This document shows positions 12,601 to 20,580 of a DNA stretch of 64,000 bases, one piece after another. Source of the DNA: a virus. The stretch covers positions 10,884 to 74,883 of IMG/VR virus record IMGVR_UViG_3300036715_000875; one strand, 5' to 3'. The notes under the pieces were generated by a model. That model saw only the letters and a list, made by a program, of their open reading frames with translations, did not search any database and was not told the DNA's origin. Position 1 is the stretch's first letter. Each line of letters begins with the position of its first letter. A program made the translations under genes and the position numbers.

Positions 12601-14751
12601 GCGCAGCTGAATACAAGCCTTACTAGACAGATAGATGGCATTGATAGAGCTATGCAGTTCTCTAGAGATATGTTTAACCGTAGTATGGATAAGCCAGTTA
12701 ATCTTACCCTTAATCCAGCAGCCTTTTTAAAAGTTGCGGATAACTTGAATGATAATACTCTAGCTCTAGATGCCCATAAAGCAGAGCTAGGTGCTAATAC
12801 TACAGCTATCCAGCAATTAGTAGGTCTTCAGCAAACTAAAGAATCTTTAGTAAAAGACGCTTATAAGTATGCTTATAAAAGTGTAGGTGGCGCAGTAACT
12901 AATGAAGATGGGACCACAAGTGCTAAGTTTACTGAGATGTATGATAAATATATGCAAAATAATAGTGGGCAGTTATTAGATACTGTATTGAATCAGGCAA
13001 TGAATAAAACTTTCGCTGGTGCAGGCTTTGATGCAACTAAAGCTCTAACAGACTCTAACTATATTGCTCAGTCAGTTGCGAATCCTGGAGAATCAACTAC
13101 CCCTGCAGGTATTATGCAAGGTAGCGGATACTCAGTAGAAGACTTTGTTAATGCCCTATTTAAGGATGGTAGTGGTGAAATCCACGTAACTACATCTCAA
13201 GGGGTAGTACTTGAAGCTCAAGGTAACTTGGCTGGAGCCTTATTTGATTTAGAGACTCAGATGGTAAGCTATCAGAATCAAATATCTGAGGTAGGTATAG
13301 CTTTCTCTCAGAATATGGAGGACGCTAGACTATCGCTTAAGTATTCTTTAGATGATATAGCTACCGCTTATCAAAGAGGTCTTGATGCTATCAATACAGC
13401 CTATGCTAGAGATATTGAACAAATTAGTGATTCTTTACAGCGCGCTATGGAAGCTATCTCTACTAACCTGGATAGACAGGCAGAGTCAGCTGCTTTACAA
13501 CATCAGTTCCAAATGCAAGAGGCTGCTATACAGTTCCAGCAAGCTTTAGAAGCTCTATCTAGACAAGAGGCATTTAATAAAGCACAAATGGAGCAAGGGC
13601 TTAAAGATGCTCTTACTGACTTAGCATCAACAGCAGAGTTTAAACTTGGGGAATCGGCTATAAATAATGACCAGAATATAATTAGTATTAACGATCAGTT
13701 CGGCAGGCTTATAGAAAAGCTTGACTTACAAAAAGAAGAAAACATTAGAGCTCTTGAGCAACAGTATAATGATACTCTATCTAAAGTTATAATAGATGCC
13801 CAAATAATGCTAGAGATGTTTAATAGATCATTAAAGGCTGCATTAACTGAGCAACTACCAGATCTAGCTTATGCAGTTAAGTCTATTGAAGGAGGGATAA
13901 ATAAAGCTGCAACTGAAATGGACTGGAAGTTTGCAGGGGCAATTAAAGCTATCTCTGAAGGCTGGGATAAGGCATTCAAAGATGATGCAACATCTAAGGC
14001 TATTAGAGAACTTGGTGGGGCTACTCTTAGATCAATAGTTGACTCTATGGGTAAAGACCAAGATACAACTATTAAGGATGTCTGGGCTAAGTATGATGAG
14101 CCTATTAAGAACGCCTTTAAAGCCTCATATGACTCATTAGCAACTAATGTACAAACAGCGGCTACTGAGTCAGGAAAGAAAATTGTAGAAGCGGCAGCTG
14201 TAGTTCAGCAAAACTCAGTAGCACTAGACCAAGCATTAACTAAATTAACCACTTTTGGTGAAGCTAGAAGCTCTGACTTAACAAATATGACAACAACGCT
14301 AGCTAGTTTAGCAAGCACAACTATAAATGCTATGTCTACAATGGCTACACAAATAGCGGCTGCAAGAGATTCTATAGCTCGTGCAGCATCAGCTGGAACA
14401 GGATATAACACTGGAGGGGCAATACCAGGGTATGGTGGAGGAGACTCAGTCCCAGCTATGCTAGAACCTGGTGAGTATGTACTACGTAAAGAGGCTGTAA
14501 GGTCTTTAGGAATAGACTATGTGGCTGGACTAAATAATTCAATAGTCGGGGCTAAGCTTGGTGATGGATTGTCATCAATATCTATCAAGAATGTAACAAG
14601 TTTACCAACGCAAGCCACAGAGGCTAAAAGTGGTGATAGTAATATCTCAGTAGGTATTTCAGTTCATCCAGAGATGACTATTAGGTCTATCCAGGATAAT
14701 ATAGAAAAGATTGCTGATGGGGTTCATAAAGTATTTCAGGAGTATATGTAA
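3643..14751 (+). CDS. Giant tape measure protein (3702 aa)
   Basis: TP901-type TMP core near 9100-9900 (TKFSAGEIADAATVLGQAGFS); Gly/Ala hydrophobic segment; coiled coil; C-terminal TGGAIPGYGGGDSVPAMLEPGEYV motif. Confidence 0.92.
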   Translation: MEFNARDLIGQIMGIKNAQDATQVRARLNSLKGKVTDTQYNQLTNALESKTKNMPSNPIGRQSNVDLNSLQWGTPNIVQQANELKRSAALEQLALDKQVAMDNLIAKTTDHGRSITPNKPNNSRYKPLNPAVAPYSTLTKDTSISWEVNEFLTRYFTQKSGLSADTQWKAFVRGSSMPKGMQYNSNLEQQVLQEVKALEDRLGGSNQAKQHFSGMSYQSTVREIEGVKVALNTAFSNDKKTALLFALDKGNEDTLSKSLAQMFSLYKGLEKIEVATKSGVKTFTRDSNIISGPTTDNLLQGKAKLAQNANRLKKDHIGTTNYYKPTQAAKTTYENTQAELQAIALKQLEDLSKTAVATMPVGVLEKFLAHTKVKDLKKYGSYFGDQFSKLAQYSLSDNNTLSQTLSPEQVKNIRLATARNRAEEYAVHARAAQKQTVNLGSELGVSKKAIITEASKNLGRDTTKHLEALHAINSFFTESKHDAIAYARQTGSKETNPQALFDKKYPERIGFLDLMKSSRPEVYKSAVSMLMANKNNRTWLESRGLLAENTANPILNLKGLVQEKFTRVLARSISDNPNSIDGRMDPELLNLLSSKALGHANKIFESERNVASPVGALAVKKFEGRLIDNLNDMVEGQKFAKVYNSAGFTQVVNKTLMGDIDLGDTVANRAEQQEKLQQESSRIFSDMIKNHEGKVKVQALEQMKQQAHEQAMFNLGLDSDGMQIETLSLKEKFFGAQSQVNIGKLLKAKNLDKVNSSKLSEFDQLQIKMAKGTMTIEDHKNLMDTAAALGIGNSSNFGSIGGLQKIIKGLREGQYEFNALTVEGKADLSSPRIHISKELRKSILEGFSSDPKINKQQLAEYNKLGLYNEVDGRLEVSKIMKTASESTLMMVKGSPEDKKTRQYLTEYFAGLDVDQLTVGEKKRAVAIHTALASGAAVTQKMVDIRKNAQVKADPHNMIENMYNTLSLDPKNAQYTTLKASQHSILRKKSELTDQALQNMLKYDSVKQFYNNPEVAGKVDGFYASVPVDGAETNKLISRLGEFGTLETSKLRDFRGMKLNDKLNLVGKALHIKYLDSLGTDANGNKVHTARSIAYSSAMNKLSGDIASLTSGQVGRTAKLDIVSKLRGTPVASLVSQKYLENEMANTIAFAHLNTGGDRKFQLGDIVDDLSKARLKAEALTNIERDFGIHREGLGAVQYPFKALAGQGTTELRASRLSMLDSLSNASPLGGQFYDSIDLDPGALGYVAKSTREVAINNHKRNLATSALMKGRQVELPSEEPRLRPFIRAAREGKVKFSATDLLELAKHVPFLRLATGGKIPGKGHVDEVPALLMKGEMVVDRATTESLGIHTNSDYKRFKQAIANGKVKHFAEGGMTDEEKQKIQDALLSQGISLESAAKILESSVGKAPGARLGESVLSLGDEPEYNHTPAAVAVDNGVKPKAPSALKAINTDTIAKKTESANAFRELTNQLKRGTILDAATMLSPKNLLELEQAHGSGFVSKLKPYQELVANSGSLSKVDSIESILSVNNSSSLGADQAAILKKISSSKAQTLNIKERTDSANADFVSNMNNTAMNELAEMWKDPRKAKNMMSRVLEAETTATNPKTVKNVSDMKVKMTELMLGSSYGEVTDALRKGDTSTLSPLGRAALDGLSSNSQQLQDFKKVATPDIAEGVHKYSGAKDDGLTNAMKLVNNNLTEVSKILRTEAKPITNRAEFNQFIGEVLKNNADGGFTAANVDGGAKGAAKAKDMFNTLKGGIDKNQDFDSYHSMGEMGRQAESVQRIKESSQMRWANFKDLMVQNTAFAASYAVLGGATSSIVGATQFIVNLDEKMKNLQAITGSTTPEVAKMASTIKEVSTQTKFSAGEIADAATVLGQAGFSAQDISESLGGVVKLATATGSSLDEATQTLTSALTIWDAPMKASESYANEFTAAINKSKLDINSLGMALQYSGSIAAEGGIPVEDLVTVTSLMKDAGVKSASTSGTGQRLVYSDILAPSSKFTKSLAQVGITKKQMGEKFDEEGVLGVLKLMRDEGYGFGQATSGMEVREKSAYLTVAGQLDRASNFRSSIMGTNAAGDANKVQMSSLANQTKNMFNSWGIALDTMAGDKLSSVGRFFEAITYSPNKTNNLQVGAGVDYYKETQDGINGGNSGVGGAIIGGLAIGGAGYALHKFAKNNPGGGLGKIGSKLYSPPIEGGGFKTASGGFFGGAVDKFKGLSVGAKAGGALGILETGYNLVQASQSKTPVRTFIQDMMPTLIGIATAAIAAPLLGLGAVAAGGVGIGASLLGGSALKGSTDKAVDKVGNFFGTDWGKPTGNEILQDAGARLAGSKSTLSDLYKYENAVGKAKNNPLRDGKDATEADKAITRSNITKQGLQFNESFKAEIDQLEKATGQVTDFSNAGSADELQSQLKSFRKSFKENIVVKSFKPMMEALEKTSATPIEDLTGKTVGDATKAAESKIGSTLANLATVAPELLLAQGKELDKVTRKYFAGALKQDTKLLQDKLAGEVSSGEITKTESGAKYIKEKAKLTNENTKREKAVLDSRRSEALTGYVNLNSSDEVMKYVADLKGNTAKGAIRTKAEVADNKFTQAEFASIEKGSATQYQRHREEETGIDKIKAQVVELVNQTDEINQAFKSFYKDTISQVGQQAVDLGRKFGNTMLKEASNLGNSNWGDTAGLQHTLGSMAVNGLNEKYMKTSPTDLESKSVISLLNKNIKFNTLGALQAGGNQAGAKEFNAMLAAEPIAAAIADMPSTLEGLINKHGQDPFMLKQFNARKDALENNGINRNVDIDALKGLSFENILAMSTKQKESIVDPLAKKKMETSKNFEIYQLDAKYASIKEMQIGGKNISENQSEKGYALKENHRQYELGIAAFNRSQEFQKTQLMTNYSRNIRDFSARIDFQRQEMGIGFAQSQAAAQRQYDFQQTMIRMQAGWAKADALKGSGDSKDDAGKKRDYAIQDLNLNTKYKTEDVNKDFSRTVAQLNTSLTRQIDGIDRAMQFSRDMFNRSMDKPVNLTLNPAAFLKVADNLNDNTLALDAHKAELGANTTAIQQLVGLQQTKESLVKDAYKYAYKSVGGAVTNEDGTTSAKFTEMYDKYMQNNSGQLLDTVLNQAMNKTFAGAGFDATKALTDSNYIAQSVANPGESTTPAGIMQGSGYSVEDFVNALFKDGSGEIHVTTSQGVVLEAQGNLAGALFDLETQMVSYQNQISEVGIAFSQNMEDARLSLKYSLDDIATAYQRGLDAINTAYARDIEQISDSLQRAMEAISTNLDRQAESAALQHQFQMQEAAIQFQQALEALSRQEAFNKAQMEQGLKDALTDLASTAEFKLGESAINNDQNIISINDQFGRLIEKLDLQKEENIRALEQQYNDTLSKVIIDAQIMLEMFNRSLKAALTEQLPDLAYAVKSIEGGINKAATEMDWKFAGAIKAISEGWDKAFKDDATSKAIRELGGATLRSIVDSMGKDQDTTIKDVWAKYDEPIKNAFKASYDSLATNVQTAATESGKKIVEAAAVVQQNSVALDQALTKLTTFGEARSSDLTNMTTTLASLASTTINAMSTMATQIAAARDSIARAASAGTGYNTGGAIPGYGGGDSVPAMLEPGEYVLRKEAVRSLGIDYVAGLNNSIVGAKLGDGLSSISIKNVTSLPTQATEAKSGDSNISVGISVHPEMTIRSIQDNIEKIADGVHKVFQEYM

Positions 14752-15371
14752 TGGCTGTTATTAAAAACTTTCTCTACGACAGTCTATCATATATGGTAAC
14801 AACAGGTGTTAGTCCTGTTGTTGTAAATAACCAAGTATATTTGCCTAAAATAAGTATGCCAACTGTTCAATGGTCTATTAGCTTTGGGAATATAAAATCT
14901 GACCTAGCTAATTTTATCCAAAATATGATCTGGGAAGACGTGAATAACTTATACCTAGCTTCTAATGTATTTCCATCTATGAAATTATTTAAAGTCACTG
15001 GTGGAGTATCACCATTCTATACTTATAGGTATACTCATGAAGAAGTTTTTTATGGGGGTAGCTACTATGATATCACTAATAGAAAGCTATCATTCACAAC
15101 TGATGGAACTAGTGATTTTATAACTGATGGAGATCTTATCATAACAATAGCTTCTATAGGGACTATTAGTCTAGAAAATAAGAGAGTTCCTCATTATGTA
15201 CATTTTACTGATGGAACTTTTAAACTTAAGCATACAGCTATGGGCATAGTAGATACTAGTGCAATGTTTACTGAGTATTTTACCCCAACGTTAGATACGC
15301 TAATCACTGGTACGGGCCAGGTAATTACATATGTAGGACGCTCAAATGCTAGTGACTCTGGAATTTTATAA
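14751..15371 (+). CDS. Putative distal tail protein
   Basis: First gene after the TMP, overlapping stop/start (TAATG). Confidence 0.45.
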   Translation: MAVIKNFLYDSLSYMVTTGVSPVVVNNQVYLPKISMPTVQWSISFGNIKSDLANFIQNMIWEDVNNLYLASNVFPSMKLFKVTGGVSPFYTYRYTHEEVFYGGSYYDITNRKLSFTTDGTSDFITDGDLIITIASIGTISLENKRVPHYVHFTDGTFKLKHTAMGIVDTSAMFTEYFTPTLDTLITGTGQVITYVGRSNASDSGIL

Positions 15372-16194
15372 CTCATTTAAAATAGCTAATCATAACCTTG
15401 ATAGTACAGCTATATTTATAGATAGGCTAGAGTTTACTGGACTATCTATAAAACGAGGTATAACAACTGATACAGCTACACTAGTGATTAGTAAAACAGT
15501 CTTTGATAGTTTAGGAATGTCTCTAATATACTTAGTAATGAATACTCCAGTTAAAGTTAGCTTCTATGATCTTAATACTGAGACGTTTAGACCAGCCTTA
15601 GATGGATATGTAGCTAAGATGTCTAACAAGGGAACTGATAGTGTATCTATGAGTCTAGAGTCTAAGAGTTCTTTTCACTCTAAGCAATTCTTTGTACCTG
15701 ATATAGACTCATCATGTCAGAATCAAGCTTACTCAAAGATGTGTGGCTTAAATAGAGATCTATTTAAAGGTGTAGACCCAGTTATATCAATAGACTGTTT
15801 AACTGGGGCGATAGATTATACTCCAGCATTACAAGGAGCTTTTGGAGATATAGATAATATTTATCTAGCTCATATAGTCTTAGGTGGCTTATTTAATACC
15901 CGTGTAGTTAGTATTGATAAAGTGGCTAATAAGTTTTATGTTCTATTAAACTACTATGACATGAGTATAACTACAAGTCTGACTGCCTATCTATACTGCA
16001 ATAAAACATTTGGAATGTGTTATGAGAGGTTTAATAATGTTAAATCATTTTATGGGTTTCCTTCAATGAGCCAAGGGGTTAAAACATTTAATATATTCTC
16101 CGCTACAAATATTACCTATTGTGGGCAAAATATAGCTACAACAGATACAGCTAGTTGTAGTAGTGATACTAATTTATTCGGGATACAATTATGA
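15346..16194 (+). CDS. Tail tip/hub protein, DUF2163/BR0599-like (lambda gpL-like Cys motifs)
   Basis: C-x7-C (CQNQAYSKMC) and CNKTFGMCYERFNNVKSFYGFP resemble the BR0599 C-terminal pattern. Confidence 0.75.
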   Translation: MLVTLEFYNSFKIANHNLDSTAIFIDRLEFTGLSIKRGITTDTATLVISKTVFDSLGMSLIYLVMNTPVKVSFYDLNTETFRPALDGYVAKMSNKGTDSVSMSLESKSSFHSKQFFVPDIDSSCQNQAYSKMCGLNRDLFKGVDPVISIDCLTGAIDYTPALQGAFGDIDNIYLAHIVLGGLFNTRVVSIDKVANKFYVLLNYYDMSITTSLTAYLYCNKTFGMCYERFNNVKSFYGFPSMSQGVKTFNIFSATNITYCGQNIATTDTASCSSDTNLFGIQL

Positions 16195-18464
16195 CAGGAC
16201 TATTAAATAGCTTCGTATATGCGGAGAACCTTTGTACAGGCTCACAAGGAGATCAGCTCTCAAACTGTATAACAGAGAATCTAAGGTTTCTACCTTACTT
16301 AGATGATAAGACTGAAGCTACAGTTAAAGATATTGGGTTTATAAAGGCTAAGCAACTTCCATACTTATCAGGTAAAACCTATGTAACTCTACAGCCAATA
16401 GGCATAGCTAATGCCACTGCTCAGATGATGCAGCAGAATGACTATGGGGTTATTTCATTCAGATGTCTAGAGGCATTTAGTCGCCCTATGTTAAGTATCC
16501 CTAGACTACAAGACCTTGGGCTTCTTGCAAAAGAAATTAATATTACTGAGACTATTATAGTAGAGCCTACAAGTGTAGTAACAGGAGGAGTACCTTTAAG
16601 AGACATTACAGCCTGTTTAGGGGATATCTGGTGTATAGCTGATGCTTATTTATTCAATACTAGAAATCTTTCGCTAAGCTATAGTACCAGTATTGCAACA
16701 GTTATTTCTGGACTTGAGGCGATAAAGAAGCTTATAAATGGGACTGGCGACTATTATACTCTTCCAAGTTTAGCTAGTAAAGTATCCACAGCTTTAGCTA
16801 GTGCAAATACAGCCAATAGTACAGTTATAAACCAATTTGATCTGGCTATTGCTCATGTGACTTCTATGCCTGTAACATGGGATAGAACATATCTACTAGA
16901 TACATTTAACTCTGCGAAGACTCTAATAGTTAGTTCCTTTGATTTAGCTACCTTAAATACTTCAATTCAAACTAATGTAGTCACGCCTCTTAGTGTCATA
17001 ACAAGTGCAACAGATTTCACTATCTTTGACTTTAATATAACTGATGGTGTAGCTGTATGGATAACCGCGCTAGACTTATCTAATAGCCAGCAAAAGATCT
17101 TTTCTACTCAACAATTATTGGGCTCTTGGGGAACTCCTCCATCATATGACCCTTCAGTGACTAACGCTAAACAGTACTTGATTAGAAACGTAGCAGTTAT
17201 GTATATTTATGAAATATTCAATGCAATAACTTATATTCTAGATAAAGTTCAAGTGCTTTATAACGTGTCTAATGTATCTCAGACTATTAATGAAATTACT
17301 GAATACGAAGCTAAATTAGCTATTTATGCTAGTTATCAGGACCATTCTTATAGTTCTATTATATCTCAGTTCACAGATATAACCTTATCAGTAGATAGTA
17401 TATCTTATGGAGCTAAATATACAGCTGCCTTAGAGGTACTAAATACCTTAGTAACTACTTTTAGTACTGGAACAGTTAAAGCAGATATACTAGCTCTAGA
17501 CCCAGCACTAGATACCTATAGAGTTTCAGTAGAGACTAGAATAGATGCTTATTGGGATGCAGCTGGAACTAGTTTTAAAATTCAATTATCAAATATGAAA
17601 ACTTTAATAGAAGATGCTATTAGAGTACCAAGTGCTATAGACCTATCAGGGGGAGGGTTAGCCACAAACCCAAATACTCCAACGGCTGTTACCTACTCAG
17701 CTTCTGGAGAGGTAATGACTTTAAACCTAGGGTATGACTTTAAAGATAAGAATAAGTATTACTTTGCTGATGTAGCTCTTGCAGTTGGCTTCGGTAGGCT
17801 TACACAGCTACATTCTATTCAAATAGGAGAAGAGCTCTATTTAGCTGAGAATATGCTAGACTCTGCAGGAAACCCAGTAACTGGGATATCTGAGGCTGGG
17901 GCATCTAAGTACACCTTTACTCGTAATGTATTACCTACCTATAGTCCAGTAGTTCAAATGTATATTTACCCTGGATTGCCTAACCAACCATATTGCCCTA
18001 CAGTAAATGCCTATAATAACTTCGCTGTAACTAAGTATTCTGGAATGTTTACAAAGCTACTACCTATATCTGCACAGAATCCCACGGGTTCAACTATGGG
18101 ACTATATGTATTTACAGGGTATAAACCCTTAGAAGCAACTGTAGAAAATATATACCAGCTTGGCTCTATAGATATAAATTCTATAAATCTAAATGACCCT
18201 ACTATAGATGATAAGTCTTATGAGGCAATGCTACAGAGGCAAGTAGTAAGTCTAACAAACTCAAATTCTCTATTAAGAGATGGTGTTATAACCACAGATG
18301 ACTTAAAGTACTATTTTAAAGCAGAGATATTTGATACTACTAACACTATGTCATTATCTAATCTAGCCATTGTTGAGTTCATAAATTTCCCCTTAGGGTC
18401 TTCAGTTAAAGTCCCTGAGATTATTATGAACTTCACTGTAGCTGACCCATATCCAAAGGCTTAA
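16191..18464 (+). CDS. Tail tip/central tail protein
   Basis: 757 aa; YYFADVALAVGFG...IQIG and YPG..NQP segments resemble gpJ-like host-specificity N-terminal domains. Confidence 0.5.
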   Translation: MTGLLNSFVYAENLCTGSQGDQLSNCITENLRFLPYLDDKTEATVKDIGFIKAKQLPYLSGKTYVTLQPIGIANATAQMMQQNDYGVISFRCLEAFSRPMLSIPRLQDLGLLAKEINITETIIVEPTSVVTGGVPLRDITACLGDIWCIADAYLFNTRNLSLSYSTSIATVISGLEAIKKLINGTGDYYTLPSLASKVSTALASANTANSTVINQFDLAIAHVTSMPVTWDRTYLLDTFNSAKTLIVSSFDLATLNTSIQTNVVTPLSVITSATDFTIFDFNITDGVAVWITALDLSNSQQKIFSTQQLLGSWGTPPSYDPSVTNAKQYLIRNVAVMYIYEIFNAITYILDKVQVLYNVSNVSQTINEITEYEAKLAIYASYQDHSYSSIISQFTDITLSVDSISYGAKYTAALEVLNTLVTTFSTGTVKADILALDPALDTYRVSVETRIDAYWDAAGTSFKIQLSNMKTLIEDAIRVPSAIDLSGGGLATNPNTPTAVTYSASGEVMTLNLGYDFKDKNKYYFADVALAVGFGRLTQLHSIQIGEELYLAENMLDSAGNPVTGISEAGASKYTFTRNVLPTYSPVVQMYIYPGLPNQPYCPTVNAYNNFAVTKYSGMFTKLLPISAQNPTGSTMGLYVFTGYKPLEATVENIYQLGSIDINSINLNDPTIDDKSYEAMLQRQVVSLTNSNSLLRDGVITTDDLKYYFKAEIFDTTNTMSLSNLAIVEFINFPLGSSVKVPEIIMNFTVADPYPKA

Positions 18465-18466
18465 CT

Positions 18467-19087
18467 ATGGAACTAACTAACTTCACTAATTTTAGAAATG
18501 ACTTTCTATCGGACTTAGAATCTATAGATAGGTTTTCTTTACAGAATGCCCCTCTAGACTATGGGTTAAATCTGCAGTTTAAAACTTTAAGGGACTTATT
18601 TGCCTACTTAGTAGGTATACATAATATGGAACCTATATTTGGTAATGTAAACACTTTCATAAAGCCAAATGCCCTACTAGCTAACTATACTAAAACCTAT
18701 GAGCAGTTTATCACTGAGTCAACCATAAGTGGTGTTAATACGTTTAGCTTCTTACCTATAACAGGACTAGATGAGTCAGGGCTAACTTTCTTTGATAGTG
18801 GTTTATATGGAGAGAGAAATAACTATAAGCCATTAGGTGCAGTAGGAGAGGCTATACTAGACTCTAAGATAACTATGTCTCTTCAAGAAGCTATACAGTT
18901 CTTTGATTCCAATTTTAAAAATAAGTATTTTAAAGGGGCAGTAGTGTTTACTAGCGTCAAGTTCTATACAAAAGGCGAGGTTATTTATATTTCAGATAAG
19001 AATTTCTATATCCTAGTAACCTCCTATAAAGATGAACGTGAAGGTGTTTATTCTTACTCTGGCGTACTAACTGTGAAGGGTTCCTAA
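18467..19087 (+). CDS. Hypothetical tail protein
   Basis: 206-aa coupled ORF in the tail operon. Confidence 0.5.
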   Translation: MELTNFTNFRNDFLSDLESIDRFSLQNAPLDYGLNLQFKTLRDLFAYLVGIHNMEPIFGNVNTFIKPNALLANYTKTYEQFITESTISGVNTFSFLPITGLDESGLTFFDSGLYGERNNYKPLGAVGEAILDSKITMSLQEAIQFFDSNFKNKYFKGAVVFTSVKFYTKGEVIYISDKNFYILVTSYKDEREGVYSYSGVLTVKGS

Positions 19088-20571
19088 TGATAAACTATTA
19101 CCACGCATATAATACTATAGACCCTACTAAGCCATATTCTATTCATATGGTAGAGGCTGGACTATCAACAGCTAATATAGCTCTATATGTTAATAATACT
19201 TTTATCAAGTATTTTACACCCAATAAAGTATCAGGTGGGAGTTTAGTAGTAACTAAAAAGTTTAACCACGGCTATAATATACTAGAGAATTTACACTCTG
19301 GTACGATAGCTACTTATATAGACCCTAGAATAGATAGCGCTATATTTAATGAAAATACTTACATTTATGTAAAGAATACCCTAGGTAAGTTTTTACATAG
19401 GGTACCAGATACTACAGATAGTTATGAGTGGCATGATACTAGCCGGACTAAGTTTTTCTTTAATCCTTATTTTTGGGACTCTAAGTATCTATGGGAAAGA
19501 CTCTTTGGGTATGTACCCACAGGTATTAGCTTAACTAGCCAATGGCCTGAAGTAGACGAAATAAATCTATTCTCAAAAAGAACTTTAGTAGTGCAAGATA
19601 CCTGGACTGGTATGAGAACTATTACTACTATAGTACCAAGTAATATTAACTATTTTACAAATAACCTTACTGGAACAGAAGTCACTATTAATCTAAGCCA
19701 TGAACTAGACCTAGACTTAGAAACTGGAGATGAGGTAATTTTTACTAATGGTAAAGATAGACTAGCCTTTACATATAACCCTGAGAATAACGCTAGTGTT
19801 AAAATTAATGGTATCTTAGTCCCAGGAGTAGTTAATATTCCTAACTATACTAGACCTATAATACATATACCTGTAGTTACTATCCAACCTAATAAGACCT
19901 TACTTTTCACTAAGAGTTTGCTTAATGGCGTGAATAACTTTACAATTGACTATAGAGGAGTTATTTATCCAGTTAGTGTCACAACAACGGCTCACCCAAA
20001 TAGCTTAACTATGTATGATCTAGCACCACTATATGATATGACACAAGAGCATATAATACAGGGACCACTAAGTCTACCTGGAGACGAAGACCTTTTATCA
20101 GGCTTTGTTGGTCCTGCTGGACCAGCGGGCCCCGCAGGTTTTACCGGGCCTAGTGGCCCTCAAGGTCTTATAGGTCCAGCTGGACCTGTAGGTTTTACCG
20201 GACCTAAGGGTCCTACAGGTCTTACAGGTCCTGCAGGTCCTGTTGGACCTAAGAGTAGTAAGGTAGTAAAGTATAATATCACAGGACCTCTAGAGTCATC
20301 TATAGGTAGCTTAAGGTGGTATCCTGAAGATCTAGTCACTCTTACAGGAGTGTATTTTATACTAGGAGCTCCTAGTACAGGAGTTCCTAGTATAGATGTG
20401 AAAAAGAATGGACTAACGGTTTTAACTACTCTAGTTTCTGCTAATGTAGGCGCATATAAGTCTACAATAGTTAATCTAAATGTACCGTTAACAACGCTAG
20501 ACTATTTAACTGTTGATATAGTCAACCCAGGTAATGCCGTAGACGCTACCATATGTATAGTATATTTTTAA
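19087..20571 (+). CDS. Collagen-repeat tail fibre-like protein
   Basis: 494 aa with 17 Gly-X-Y triplets and a C-terminal beta domain. Confidence 0.7.
   Translation: MINYYHAYNTIDPTKPYSIHMVEAGLSTANIALYVNNTFIKYFTPNKVSGGSLVVTKKFNHGYNILENLHSGTIATYIDPRIDSAIFNENTYIYVKNTLGKFLHRVPDTTDSYEWHDTSRTKFFFNPYFWDSKYLWERLFGYVPTGISLTSQWPEVDEINLFSKRTLVVQDTWTGMRTITTIVPSNINYFTNNLTGTEVTINLSHELDLDLETGDEVIFTNGKDRLAFTYNPENNASVKINGILVPGVVNIPNYTRPIIHIPVVTIQPNKTLLFTKSLLNGVNNFTIDYRGVIYPVSVTTTAHPNSLTMYDLAPLYDMTQEHIIQGPLSLPGDEDLLSGFVGPAGPAGPAGFTGPSGPQGLIGPAGPVGFTGPKGPTGLTGPAGPVGPKSSKVVKYNITGPLESSIGSLRWYPEDLVTLTGVYFILGAPSTGVPSIDVKKNGLTVLTTLVSANVGAYKSTIVNLNVPLTTLDYLTVDIVNPGNAVDATICIVYF
20101..20253 (+). repeat. Collagen-like (Gly-X-Y)17 coding repeat
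   Basis: [51 protein letters not shown]. Confidence 0.9.
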
Positions 20572-20580
20572 GGAGTCATC

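Noticed and set aside
5208-14411. Antisense ORFs inside the TMP, and other shadow ORFs such as 2534-2872, 47212-47430 and 63185-63565
   Set aside because: They overlap better-supported genes or structures and show no recognisable motifs; likely codon-bias artefacts
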